NCBI GenBank assembly: GCA_963714375.1
Contig: CAVQOG010000006.1
Coordinates: 223,603-287,602 of the forward strand
Source: an uncultured Acidimicrobiia bacterium
GTDB lineage: Bacteria; Actinomycetota; Acidimicrobiia; Spongiisociales; UBA5794
Reading direction: 5' to 3'
Length of the DNA stretch: 64,000 nt
Below the pieces are notes generated by a model. It ran no database searches and was not told the origin of the DNA. It worked only from the letters and a program-made list of their open reading frames with translations. This document shows positions 20,953 to 30,490 of the stretch, piece after piece (positions within the stretch are counted from its first letter, which is position 1; the number at the start of each line of letters is the position of its first letter). The position numbers and the translations under genes are program-made.

Positions 20953-21813
20953 ATGGATGCGAAAGCACTCGCTGAGAAATTTGCAGCAGGTGAGGCTGTT
21001 CAACAGTTGACGTCACCGACCCCGTTGCAGGGCGCAAACCACGTGTTTCGCATTTGGCGGGAGCATGGCACCGTGATCTTCAAGGCGTACGGCACGGATT
21101 CGCGACTGAGGCGTGAGACGCACGCCCTCGACGCCTTCTCGGACATTCCCGGGATGCCCGTTGTCATGGAACGCGGCGTCGATGAAGCGATTCATTGGGC
21201 CATGTTCAAGGATGCAGGCAAGTGGAACGTCCAGTCTCTCCCTGAGAACCCGGGGATCGCTGAGAAGGCGGGCGAACTCCTTGCTCAGCTCCACCGCGCA
21301 GAACCGACTGCGTTCTCGAATCTTGCACGGGGTATCGACCAGGAATGGATCGCCGTTGATCTTCGCTCAACCCTTCGCCGCCTTGAGAGATATCGCGGAC
21401 GTCTCGGAGTCTCCGCTGAACTCATGAGCGCCGCCCAAGCGGTGCCAGCACCCTATGCGGGGAATCCCGTTGTGTCGCACACCAACCCCGTTGCCAAAAA
21501 GTTCGTCGTCGACGATGCTGGCGCTGTGACTTTGATCACGTGGGAATGGGCAACACTTGCTCCACCCGAATGGGATCTGTCGCGAACGACGTGGTCCATC
21601 GGCCTCCACACCGGGCCGCTTGCCGCCAGCGCTGTCATGGCAGGGTACGGTCGGACTTTTGAACCCTCTCAACTGGATCGCTGGATCGTCTACCACGCAG
21701 CACAGTCGCTCGTGCACCTCGCCGAGCGCCAACTATCGGCAAAACCAGCCGATGTTCCCGCGAACCTGGTCCCGGAATTCAATCGGGCCGTGCTCGGGGC
21801 AATCGGAGAGTAA
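20953..21813 (+). CDS. Phosphotransferase enzyme family protein (aminoglycoside phosphotransferase/choline-kinase-like fold)
   Basis: APH-like kinase layout (…HGDFHPGN-like region… ITWEWATLAPPEWDL…). Start at the ATG with a GGAG SD; the track start overlaps thrS. Confidence 0.6.
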   Translation: MDAKALAEKFAAGEAVQQLTSPTPLQGANHVFRIWREHGTVIFKAYGTDSRLRRETHALDAFSDIPGMPVVMERGVDEAIHWAMFKDAGKWNVQSLPENPGIAEKAGELLAQLHRAEPTAFSNLARGIDQEWIAVDLRSTLRRLERYRGRLGVSAELMSAAQAVPAPYAGNPVVSHTNPVAKKFVVDDAGAVTLITWEWATLAPPEWDLSRTTWSIGLHTGPLAASAVMAGYGRTFEPSQLDRWIVYHAAQSLVHLAERQLSAKPADVPANLVPEFNRAVLGAIGE

Positions 21814-21872
21814 ATACCGGAGATTTTCGCGCTCTTCCTCTACATTGGCGTATCCGATGGAGGGAGAGCGAA

Positions 21873-22076
21873 ATGTTGGAGATCGCCCTAGCCGCCGTGT
21901 TCGTCACCATGGCGATCATCACGGTCGGTGGTCGAACGGTTCTGACGACTGGGATATCGCACGATTTTCCCGTTGCGGCAATCGGCGACGGCAGCGACCT
22001 GCCTTGTCCGTGGTGCCATGCCCAGACATCTGACGGCGACATCCACTGCCCATCCTGTGGCCATCGATTCGGCTAG
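21873..22076 (+). CDS. Small membrane-anchored zinc-ribbon protein (hypothetical)
   Basis: 67 aa with an N-terminal TM helix and a C-terminal CPWC…CPSCGH motif. Preceded by a strong GGAGGGAG SD. Confidence 0.55.
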   Translation: MLEIALAAVFVTMAIITVGGRTVLTTGISHDFPVAAIGDGSDLPCPWCHAQTSDGDIHCPSCGHRFG

Positions 22077-22104
22077 TTGTCGTCAGTCTGCGAGCGATTG
22101 ACCC

Positions 22105-22953
22105 TTAGCGGGTGGCCAGAGCGAACTCACGGTTCCGTGATCTGACAACGAGACCAATGCCTTTGTACATGCCAACGGCGGCGTTGTTCGCCTCGTCCAC
22201 CCAGAGGAACCCTGTGGTACATCCGCGCGCTTCAGCAAGGTAGTCATACCCTGCAAGGGTCAGGCGCCTTCCGATTCGCTTCCCACGATGTCGAGGATCA
22301 ACGCCGACGCGATAGATCTCGCCCTCGCCAGCGGGATGGACCTTGGTCCAGCAGAAGCCTGCGACTTCTCCATCATCGTCATGGAGCAGCACACCGCTCG
22401 GATCGAACCAGTCCTGCCGCATCAGATCGTTGAGCTCCTTCCGATCGAGTGCGGCAGCCTCAGGGTGGTCACCAAACGCCGCGTGATTGATGTCAATCAG
22501 AGTGTCAATGTCGCTGTCCGCAAAGGACCGAACTTCGATCAAATCACGTTGCGTACGGTGAGGGGAAGTCAGTAGCGGCATCGACATATCCGCAAGGGAG
22601 CGAACCACTCCCATCCCGCGTCGCTCGAGTGCGGAGTCGAGACTCAGGCGGCGACTCCATCCCGTGTAGGGAACGCTGGCGGGGATCAGTGCAATGGTCT
22701 CGGCTACGACCCGATCCTCGAATTCAGGGAATCGCATCGAGCGTGGGACGACGGTTTCGAAAGCCGCACGTTGCCCGCCCTCGGAGGTTTCGTAGCGCTT
22801 CACAACGCCAAGTGCGACTATCTCGTCGTCCTCCATAATGACAGTCACGCTGCGCGTATCACTGAGCAAGGCTTCCTTGGCCTCGCTCAACGGTGGGACA
22901 CCGTCGATGGCTTGCTGTTGTTCAAGAAACGTACGAAACGACTGAGACATCAT
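22105..22953 (-). CDS. mshD: Tandem-GNAT acetyltransferase, mycothiol synthase (MshD)-like
   Basis: Two GNAT domains (…YRVGVDPRHRGKRIGRRL… in the C-terminal one). Alignment to the MshD N-terminus suggests the start is at MMSQSF…. Confidence 0.65.
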   Translation of the reverse strand: MMSQSFRTFLEQQQAIDGVPPLSEAKEALLSDTRSVTVIMEDDEIVALGVVKRYETSEGGQRAAFETVVPRSMRFPEFEDRVVAETIALIPASVPYTGWSRRLSLDSALERRGMGVVRSLADMSMPLLTSPHRTQRDLIEVRSFADSDIDTLIDINHAAFGDHPEAAALDRKELNDLMRQDWFDPSGVLLHDDDGEVAGFCWTKVHPAGEGEIYRVGVDPRHRGKRIGRRLTLAGYDYLAEARGCTTGFLWVDEANNAAVGMYKGIGLVVRSRNREFALATR

Positions 22954-22984
22954 CCCGTAACGATAGGGGCCACAGTCCGACGCC

Positions 22985-23989
22985 ATGGTCTCCCCTGCCG
23001 ATATGCTGGCCCATGTGAGCCAGGTAGGACTTGTATTGGGCGGTGGCGGGATCACCGGCGCGGCGTTTCACTTCGGCACCCTTCTTTCGATCCAGATGGC
23101 GACCGGCTGGAACCCGAACGAAGCCGAAGTCGTGATCGGAACGTCCGCGGGATCGTTCGTCGCTGCAATGGTCCGTGGAGAGCAGCTCACCATGGAGACG
23201 CTCACCGGAACAGGGGAATCCAAGGCCGAGATCGAGGAATATCTCAGCACCTATCTCTACACACGCGGTGCCCCCCGCGGCGCCATCCGTTGGATCCGAC
23301 GTGGCTTGGTGCCAGCACTCAAACGGCCAAGCCTCCACGCCGCACTCGGAAGTCCTGGCATGTTTCGCACCGATGGTCTCCAGAACTGGGTACACGACGC
23401 CGTAGGTCCTCTTGCCGATGGATGGCCCGAGCGACCGACGGCAATCGTGGCATACGCTGTGCGAGACCACGTGCGTGTCCCTTTCGGCACCGAAGCGGCA
23501 CCAGAAGCCACCTTGAGCGAGGCCGTCGCAGCGTCATCAGCCGTGCCGTTCATCTACGAACCGGTGCGAATAGGCGACCGCTGGTATGCCGACGGCGGTA
23601 TGGCATCTGGGACCTCGCTTGATCTCATTCTCGCTCACCCTTCACCTCTTGACCTGGTGATTGTGGTCGCGCCTTTTGCCGCCACGACGCCGCGTGACGG
23701 TGGTCGCATGTACGAGGACATGTTCGATCGAGTCGGACGCAAGGCGCTCTCCGCCGAGCTGGCGCTCCTTGGTGACCATTGGCCCGACACCGAGGTTCTT
23801 GTTCTGCGACCAGACGAGCGTGTGCTCGCTCTGGCAAGGCCAAACCCGATGGCAGCTTCAGCCGCGGTTCCGACGTTCATGGCGACGCTGCGGTCGATGC
23901 AAGGGCAGCTGGCACGTCGGTCTGTGTGGAGTGTGCTCAGTGAGCATCTCGGGACGGAGGCGATGGCGGACCTGCCGACAACGTCCTGA
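22985..23989 (+). CDS. Patatin-like phospholipase family protein
   Basis: Oxyanion hole GLVLGGGGITG, serine lipase motif GTSAGS and a catalytic DGG. Confidence 0.85.
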   Translation: MVSPADMLAHVSQVGLVLGGGGITGAAFHFGTLLSIQMATGWNPNEAEVVIGTSAGSFVAAMVRGEQLTMETLTGTGESKAEIEEYLSTYLYTRGAPRGAIRWIRRGLVPALKRPSLHAALGSPGMFRTDGLQNWVHDAVGPLADGWPERPTAIVAYAVRDHVRVPFGTEAAPEATLSEAVAASSAVPFIYEPVRIGDRWYADGGMASGTSLDLILAHPSPLDLVIVVAPFAATTPRDGGRMYEDMFDRVGRKALSAELALLGDHWPDTEVLVLRPDERVLALARPNPMAASAAVPTFMATLRSMQGQLARRSVWSVLSEHLGTEAMADLPTTS

Positions 23990-24030
23990 CCACGGTCAAT
24001 GCGTACCGATTCGGCTACGATTGCTCGCTT

Positions 24031-24750
24031 ATGACAAACGAAACCGACGTAGAAGCATCGTCCGGCGGATTCTCCGACCTGTGGGGAAGCAACGACCGCA
24101 TCGAATTGATCGCGACAATCATCTTGGCAATCGCGACCGTCCTGACCGCGTGGTCAGGGTTTCAGTCCGTCAAGTGGAGTGGCGACCAGGCCAACAACTA
24201 CTCCCAGGCTGGTGCCTTCCGGACTGAGTCGACCCGACACGACACGTTGGGCGGACAATTGACCCAGATCGACGTCGCCATGTACATCGACTGGGTTGCC
24301 GCCGTATTCGACGAAGTGGACAGTGGCAAGATCGTGCTGACGGATTCCAGTACCTACGAACCGACACGAGGCACGGAGTCGGGTTTCCTTTACCTTCGAT
24401 TCCGGGATGAGTTCAAGCCTGCAGTCCAGGCGTGGTTGGCAACCGATCCGCTGAACAACATCGACGCTCCGCCATCCCCATTTGCGATGTCGGAATACGT
24501 CGTTGCTGAACGTCTCGAGGCAGATCAGCTCCGCGTTGCTGCCGACAAGAGCGCGCTTGCGGCACGCGAATCGAACCAGAACGGCGACAACTACGTCCTC
24601 ACGATGGTTCTCTTTGCATCCGTGATGTTCTTTGCCGGCGTGAGCTCAAAGATCTATAAACCCCGCAACCGCATGATCATCGTCGGTATCGGCATGATCA
24701 TGCTGGTCACAGGAATCGTGATCGACCTCAGCCTCCCAATCCTCGTCTAG
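24031..24750 (+). CDS. Hypothetical membrane protein (N- and C-terminal TM helices)
   Basis: 239 aa; no motif I recognise. Confidence 0.55.
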   Translation: MTNETDVEASSGGFSDLWGSNDRIELIATIILAIATVLTAWSGFQSVKWSGDQANNYSQAGAFRTESTRHDTLGGQLTQIDVAMYIDWVAAVFDEVDSGKIVLTDSSTYEPTRGTESGFLYLRFRDEFKPAVQAWLATDPLNNIDAPPSPFAMSEYVVAERLEADQLRVAADKSALAARESNQNGDNYVLTMVLFASVMFFAGVSSKIYKPRNRMIIVGIGMIMLVTGIVIDLSLPILV

Positions 24751-24763
24751 TCCGGGCCATTGC

Positions 24764-26137
24764 CTAGAGACGGGATGATCCAGGCTCGACTCCCCGGGAT
24801 GCTCTGAGCTGGTCGGCGATGATGAAAGCGAACTCGAGGCTCTGACTGGCATTGAGACGTGGATCGCAGTGGGTGTGATACCGATCGGCGAGGTTCGATT
24901 CCTGAATCTTCATCGCTCCACCGGTACATTCGGTGACGTTCTGACCGGTCATCTCAAAATGGACACCACCAGCGTGGGTCCCGCTCGCACGGTGGATATC
25001 GAAGAACTGTTCGACCTCTGACACGATCCGTTCAAATGGGCGGGTCTTGTATCCGTTGGCCGACACCATCGTGTTGCCGTGCATCGGATCGACAGACCAC
25101 ACCACTTCCATGCCTTCCCTTGTCACGGCATCGATGAGACCCGGCAGGTGATCCCCGACGCCGTCTGCTCCGTGACGGGTGATGAGGGTGAGTCGTCCAG
25201 GATCGTTCTCCGGATCGAGAACCGAAATCAGTCGGACGAGCTCGTCAGGCGTGAGCGACGGACCACACTTGAGGCCGATGGGGTTCTCGACTCCGCGGAG
25301 CAACTCCACATGAGCACCATCGAGCTGACGAGTACGGTCACCGATCCAAAGCATGTGTGCCGAGCATGCGTAGTAGTCCCCAGTCATGGAATCCACGCGG
25401 GTGAGAGCCTGCTCATAGCCAGGAAGAAGCGCTTCATGGCTCGTGTAGAAGTCTGTCTCGCGGAGTTGAGGAACCGTGTCGGATGTGAGTCCGATGGCCC
25501 GCATGAAGGCAAGTGACTCATCGAGTTCCGACGCGAGCTGTTCGTACCGCTCAGACTGGTCCGTGTCCTTGACAAACTCGAGATTCCATCGGTGGACTTG
25601 TTCGAGATTGGCCATTCCTCCCTGTGCGAATGCGCGCAGGAGATTCAGCGTCAAAGCCGACTGGTGATAGGCCCTGATGAGTCGGTCCGGGTCAGGAATC
25701 CTGGAATCAGCGTCAAAGGCGATCCCGTTGATGTTGTCGCCTCGATAGCTTGGAAGCGACACGTCGCCTTGTGTTTCGAGGTCATCGGATCGTGGTTTTG
25801 CAAACTGGCCTGCCAGTCGTCCAACCTTCACAACGGGGAGGGACGCACCGTAGGTGAGTACGACCGACATCTGGAGCATGACCTTGAAGGTGTCCCGGAT
25901 CACATCGACGTGGAACTCGGCGAATGATTCGGCGCAGTCACCACCCTGAAGCAGGAAGGCCTCACCACGGGCAACCTTCCTCAACTGTTCACGCAGGCTG
26001 CGAGCCTCTCCGGCGAAAACGAGCGGTGGTGACGATGCGATGTCCTTCTCAACGCTGGCGAGCGCGTCAAGATCCGGGTAGTTCGGCTGTTGAAGCGCCG
26101 TCTTGGTGCGCCAGCTATCGGGCGTCCATGTCATGAT
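24764..26137 (-). CDS. aroG: 3-deoxy-7-phosphoheptulonate synthase, class II (AroAII)
   Basis: …[15 protein letters not shown]…, …[25 protein letters not shown]…, …DPMHGNT… and …CDPRLN… match type II DAHP synthases. Start is at MTWTPDSW by alignment logic; the track start is 81 nt upstream. Confidence 0.9.
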   Translation of the reverse strand: MMTWTPDSWRTKTALQQPNYPDLDALASVEKDIASSPPLVFAGEARSLREQLRKVARGEAFLLQGGDCAESFAEFHVDVIRDTFKVMLQMSVVLTYGASLPVVKVGRLAGQFAKPRSDDLETQGDVSLPSYRGDNINGIAFDADSRIPDPDRLIRAYHQSALTLNLLRAFAQGGMANLEQVHRWNLEFVKDTDQSERYEQLASELDESLAFMRAIGLTSDTVPQLRETDFYTSHEALLPGYEQALTRVDSMTGDYYACSAHMLWIGDRTRQLDGAHVELLRGVENPIGLKCGPSLTPDELVRLISVLDPENDPGRLTLITRHGADGVGDHLPGLIDAVTREGMEVVWSVDPMHGNTMVSANGYKTRPFERIVSEVEQFFDIHRASGTHAGGVHFEMTGQNVTECTGGAMKIQESNLADRYHTHCDPRLNASQSLEFAFIIADQLRASRGVEPGSSRL

Positions 26138-26332
26138 TTTGAGCCCAGGCGTCGATTCCGAGCGACATGTGCTGTCGGCTCTGTCGCAGGATGGTAACCA
26201 ATCAACGGTGTTGGTCAATCCGCGGGACTTGTTCGACTAGTACAAGAACATGCCCGTCACGACTGACGCGATCAGAAAGGCACCCACAACAACCACGGCG
26301 ATCCGGACAATCAATGAGGGTCTTGCCATCGA

Positions 26333-26608
26333 TCAACCGGCCGACGAGGCAAGCGCTATGACCACGATGGTCAGCACCACGAGCCCCGCAATGAGGAGCC
26401 AGGTCCCGACGATCCCAAGGATGCGTCCAATGCGCGCATTGGATTCGCCCTCCGGCGAGCGTCGCCCTGCGCCAATCGCTTCGAGTTCTCGGTTACCCAT
26501 GTACCACGCAACGGGTGAGAGCACATTTACGAAGAACCCAACGATGCCAAGCACGAGGATCAGGTTCCCGTTTGAAGCCTCCTCATACTGTGTTCGTTCC
26601 TGGTCCAT
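26333..26608 (-). CDS. Small DUF4190-like membrane protein
   Basis: 91 aa with two TM helices flanking a …YMGNRELEAIGAGRRSPEG… loop. Confidence 0.55.
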   Translation of the reverse strand: MDQERTQYEEASNGNLILVLGIVGFFVNVLSPVAWYMGNRELEAIGAGRRSPEGESNARIGRILGIVGTWLLIAGLVVLTIVVIALASSAG

Positions 26609-26620
26609 ATCGTTTGTCTC

Positions 26621-27238
26621 CTATTGCTGAAGGTCGGCAATCTCATTCTTGTAGTCAGCGATGGCCGCCTCTACAACCGTGTATGCATGCTCGCGCCCGT
26701 AGCGTTCTTCGATCGCAACAGGGTGGTCTCGACCAGGGACAAGCTTGTAGGTGAGGAAGTAATGCTCGAGCCGATCAATCATCTGGGTCGGTAGATCCGT
26801 GAGGTTCTCAGCCCTTGCGAAAATTTCGTCGTTGGCAAGTACAGCAACAATCTTGTCGTCAGCCTCTCCCCCATCGATCATGCGCAAACCACCAACCACC
26901 TTGGCGGGAAGCACGATGTCTGCACGGTCGATGGGTCGCTCCGAGAACACACAGATATCAAGTGGATCGCCGTCTGCAACGTCGGTCTCGGGACTGAGTG
27001 CCGCCACCTGTGTGCCACAGTATGTCTGCGGGATCAACCCGTACAGCGTCGGCGGAGAACTGCTGGTTTGCTGCGGTCGATCGACTTTCAACAGACCACT
27101 CGCCTTGTCAAGTTCGTACTTCACGACATCGCGTGGTGTGATCTCGATATATGCAGTGACGAGTTGCGGCGGATTGGGACCGGGGCTCACGCCATGCCAC
27201 GGGTGTGCCCGTGCGTTGGGAAGAATCCGATTGCTCAC
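26621..27238 (-). CDS. ppa: Inorganic pyrophosphatase (family I)
   Basis: …ADGDPLDICVF… and …DDKIVAVLAND… family I PPase signatures. Confidence 0.88.
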   Translation of the reverse strand: MSNRILPNARAHPWHGVSPGPNPPQLVTAYIEITPRDVVKYELDKASGLLKVDRPQQTSSSPPTLYGLIPQTYCGTQVAALSPETDVADGDPLDICVFSERPIDRADIVLPAKVVGGLRMIDGGEADDKIVAVLANDEIFARAENLTDLPTQMIDRLEHYFLTYKLVPGRDHPVAIEERYGREHAYTVVEAAIADYKNEIADLQQ

Positions 27239-27430
27239 ACTCCGTACTCAAGCACACCAACCCACCAAGGACAACGTTCGCGATCGCCACGCCGGGCCGT
27301 TTTCATCCCTCCCTGCTATCCAACGGAGCGCATCGGCGTACAAACACTGCTCACCGACACACGGGGCGTGGTGGTACAGTCCGCTTGAGAGGGATCTCTA
27401 TCTGGTTCCGCGACAACTGAGGAAGTCAAC

Positions 27431-27871
27431 ATGCCACGCAGAGGCGGAGGAGCAGTAGGACGCGGAAGACCGATGGCCCGTGCGCGCCGGACACGACGAC
27501 GGAGAGTCCGTCGCAGGGTTCTCCTCGTCGGAGGCTTTGTGGCTTTCGGCGCACACAAGATGTCCCAGCAGGATGCGAAGCGCATCGAGGAGCATACGGG
27601 CGTCAATCCCGAGGAACTCGAAGACGATGAACTCGAACAGGCAATGGCCGAACTCAACATCGAGTCGCAGCCGGTCACGCAGGAAGACCTCGACCAGGCG
27701 GCCGGTGGAGAAGCAACAGCCGATACCGCAGCGGCAGCTCCGGGCCCAGCACCTGCTCCGGCCGACGACTACGTGGCCGAGCTGGAGAAGCTGGCCTCTC
27801 TCCGCGATTCAGGCATCCTCACGGACGCCGAGTTCGATGCCAAGAAGAAACAGATTCTGGGTCTCAGCTGA
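27431..27871 (+). CDS. SHOCT-domain protein with basic N-terminus and acidic linker
   Basis: The C-terminal ELEKLASLRDSGILTDAEFDAKKKQILGLS is a SHOCT short oligomerisation domain. GAGGAAG SD. Confidence 0.6.
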   Translation: MPRRGGGAVGRGRPMARARRTRRRRVRRRVLLVGGFVAFGAHKMSQQDAKRIEEHTGVNPEELEDDELEQAMAELNIESQPVTQEDLDQAAGGEATADTAAAAPGPAPAPADDYVAELEKLASLRDSGILTDAEFDAKKKQILGLS

Positions 27872-27889
27872 TTCCTCGATCGAGCATTA

Positions 27890-28402
27890 TCAGATGAACA
27901 GTTGGACATCCGCAGAGGCCGCGTAGTCCAGAAAGGCAGCAGCACCGGCGATCTCGCATCCTTTGATCAGGTCATCCTCGGCAACATTCATCACGCCCAT
28001 TGTCGTTGCGCAGGCGAAGAACGTGACACCGAGATCCTGTGTCATGTTGATGAATTCGGGGATCGTCGGCATTCCGGCCTTGTCCATCCACTTTTTCATG
28101 GTCTTGGTCGCCATCGCAGTGGCTCCGGGGATTGCCCCGACGATGTTCGGTACCTGGATGGGGCCAGCGGGATTCGCAAGTGACGCAACCTTGAGGCTCT
28201 CGAAGCGATCCTTGTGGAGGATGTCGAGACCGTAGAAGGTGAAGTAGATGCCAACGTCCCATCCGAGACTGACCGCCGTGAGTGCGAGAATCAGTGGTGG
28301 ATAGGCCTGATCGAGTGTTCCCTTGGATGCAACAAGCGCCAAACGTCTGGGTCTCTCCTCGATCCCACGCGCGTCGGCTTCTGGTTCGGATGCCACCGTC
28401 AC
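27890..28402 (-). CDS. DsrE/DsrF-like (DsrE2-type) sulfur relay family protein
   Basis: 170 aa with a DsrE_2-like fold and a conserved C-terminal Cys (…FFACATTMGV…GCEIAG…). GTG start overlapping the tusA TGA. Confidence 0.65.
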   Translation of the reverse strand: MTVASEPEADARGIEERPRRLALVASKGTLDQAYPPLILALTAVSLGWDVGIYFTFYGLDILHKDRFESLKVASLANPAGPIQVPNIVGAIPGATAMATKTMKKWMDKAGMPTIPEFINMTQDLGVTFFACATTMGVMNVAEDDLIKGCEIAGAAAFLDYAASADVQLFI

Positions 28403-28659
28403 GAGCCACTTCCCTTCTCGATCAGGAAGACCTGAGACGTTCCCCGGTCATCAACGTCAAGGAGGAGATCCCCTCGTTGGCGGACAAATGCCGGGATGTC
28501 CGCAAGTGAACCCGGGTCCGTGCAGACCACCTTGAGAACATCGCCCTGCTGGATGCTCTTGAGAGCCAGGCCGGCCTTGTAGACAGGAAGCGGGCACAGC
28601 ATGCCAGACGTGTCGAGTGTTTCCGTAGGTTCTCGTCGGACCGTGTCATCCTGTGTCAT
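28399..28659 (-). CDS. TusA-like sulfurtransferase (SirA/YedF/YeeD family)
   Basis: CPxP motif …DTSGMLCPLPVYKA… Start taken at MTQDD; the track ORF has a 37-aa extension. Confidence 0.8.
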   Translation of the reverse strand: MTQDDTVRREPTETLDTSGMLCPLPVYKAGLALKSIQQGDVLKVVCTDPGSLADIPAFVRQRGDLLLDVDDRGTSQVFLIEKGSGS

Positions 28660-28693
28660 CGTTTCAATATCCTCTTCGTATGGGTGTTCTTCG

Positions 28694-29680
28694 TCACGAG
28701 GGCTGCCCCTGGCTGCCGAGCCTGTCGGTGAAATAGGACGTGTACTTCGTGCTTGCATCTGGGGAAACACCGACGATCAGCCCGTCTTCGAGACCGTCGT
28801 ATTGATCGATGGCGTGGGCGATGGCTCCGGTTGACAAACCCACCATGAGGCCGTCGCGACGATGGAGGCGCAGCGTCATCGCATACGCTTCGTCGTCGTG
28901 GACCTTGACGACGTCGTCGATGACGCTCCGATCGAGGTTTCCTGGTTCGTTGGCTTCTGCAAAGCTCTTGAGTCCGGGAAGACGATGTCCCGCGTACGGT
29001 TCGATGGCGACGACTCGCACGTCAGGGTTCTGCTCCTTGAGATAACGCCCCGTTCCTGTGAGGGTTCCGCATGTTCCGAAACCAGCGAAGAATGCTGAGA
29101 TCTGACCCTCCGTCTGATTCCAGATCTCGGGGCCGGTGGTCTCGAAATGAGCTCTGACGTTCTCAGGATTCTCGTACTGGTCGGCCATGACGTAGCGGTT
29201 GCCACCTTCGGATGCGGCGAGGGACCGGGCGAGGGCGATCGCCCCGTCCTTGGGATGATCGATAGGACAGAGTTCGTCAGGGGTCTCCCACACCTCGGCA
29301 CCGAGCATGCGAAGGATTGTTTTCGTCTCCTCGGGAACGCCGTCAGGAATCGTGATCGTGACCTTTGTGTCATTGATCGCACCCATCGCTGCGAGGGCGA
29401 TGGCCGTGTTCCCAGACGAAGCCTCAACGAGTTCCCGACCATCAAGGGCACCGCTTTCGATCATCCCCCGCACCAGATAGGCCGCTGCACGGTCCTTGAT
29501 GGAACCGAACGGATTCATCCATTCGAGCTTGAGATAGACGTTGTCCACCCGGAGCGAATTGCGTACACGAACAAGGGGTGTCGGGTTGTTCACATCAGGG
29601 AGAAGATCACGGATGTCCTCGAACCGACGGACGGCACGGTCCGACACCGGAAGAGATGTGGGTTCGACGATTGCAGTCAT
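28694..29680 (-). CDS. Cysteine synthase family PLP-dependent enzyme (CysK/CysM-like)
   Basis: PLP lysine …NPFGSIKDRAA…, glycine loop …SSGNTAIALA… and …GTGGT… loop; 328 aa. Confidence 0.85.
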   Translation of the reverse strand: MTAIVEPTSLPVSDRAVRRFEDIRDLLPDVNNPTPLVRVRNSLRVDNVYLKLEWMNPFGSIKDRAAAYLVRGMIESGALDGRELVEASSGNTAIALAAMGAINDTKVTITIPDGVPEETKTILRMLGAEVWETPDELCPIDHPKDGAIALARSLAASEGGNRYVMADQYENPENVRAHFETTGPEIWNQTEGQISAFFAGFGTCGTLTGTGRYLKEQNPDVRVVAIEPYAGHRLPGLKSFAEANEPGNLDRSVIDDVVKVHDDEAYAMTLRLHRRDGLMVGLSTGAIAHAIDQYDGLEDGLIVGVSPDASTKYTSYFTDRLGSQGQPS

Positions 29681-29715
29681 GTGACGATTCTCCTGGTGGT
29701 GTTGGCAATGCTATG

Positions 29716-29745
29716 AAAAAAGAAAAACCCGCATCGGCGGGTGTG
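29716..29745 (-). terminator. Intrinsic terminator (minus strand) downstream of the RRM-protein gene
   Basis: Minus-sense CCCGCCGATGCGGG hairpin followed by a TTTTTCTTTTTTC U-tract. Confidence 0.7.
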
Positions 29746-29948
29746 CCGTGCGGGTTGTGGGGTTTGAGTTGTCTTTCGGGACTCAGTGAACCTCGACGCG
29801 CACGGCGATGTTGCAACAGCAACAGCAGGCCATCACGCAGAAGGATTGATTCATCATGGCGTGAAGCCTAGCGACGGATTCATGCGTCGAAACCGCCAAG
29901 AGCTCTGCCGGGTTTCCCTCGGAGAGCTCTCGGTGGTGTTGGCACGAA

Positions 29949-30194
29949 CTAGGTGCGTGGCTTCGCTTCGTTGACGTTGATGTTGCGGCCCTTGAGCTCG
30001 GTGCCGTCGAGATCGCGGATTGCGTCCTGTGCACGCGCTTCCGCACCAAGTTCAACAAACCCGAAACCACGGGACTGTCCGGTTTCGCGGTCATTGATGA
30101 TTGAGGCAGAATCGACGGTGCCGTACTCGGTGAAGAGATCTTTGAGATCACCTTCGGTTGCAGAGAAAGGCAGGTTGCCTACGAATATGTTCAT
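29949..30194 (-). CDS. RRM-type RNA-binding protein (glycine-poor, ~81 aa)
   Basis: MNIFVGNLPFSATEGDLKDLF (RNP2) and …SRGFGFVEL… (RNP1). AAAGGAAT SD. The upstream 65 aa of the track ORF are rejected. Confidence 0.85.
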   Translation of the reverse strand: MNIFVGNLPFSATEGDLKDLFTEYGTVDSASIINDRETGQSRGFGFVELGAEARAQDAIRDLDGTELKGRNINVNEAKPRT

Positions 30195-30490
30195 GGGTAT
30201 TCCTTTTGGAATGATGAGCGACTGTGTGTCCCTCGGAAGTGAGATGTCCGGAACCGGCCCGAGTTCACACGGTCGAAGGACAGAGAAAGAAGGGAAGGCC
30301 GCCAAAGCAGCTGATGTCAGCTTACCGACCGGAAGATGAATTCCGCTCTTTGAGGAGTGACGATGTGCCAAAGTTCCAACCGGAGTCACGATGAAGGTGT
30401 GACGGAAACGCCCTGGGATCCGCTCATCAGATCGGCGTTGGTGGTCACATCACTAGCATGAGTATTCGGCCCCAACGTGGAGGAAATCCC

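Noticed and set aside
26138-26218. Long N-terminal extensions in track ORFs for aroG, pdxS, pgsA, yebC, tgt, hpt, the SulP permease, the PP-loop ATPase, ImmA and others
   Set aside because: The track takes the most upstream ATG/GTG/TTG. The extensions overlap neighbouring genes or are low-complexity, while internal starts with an SD and/or 4-nt stop-start overlaps match homologue N-termini.
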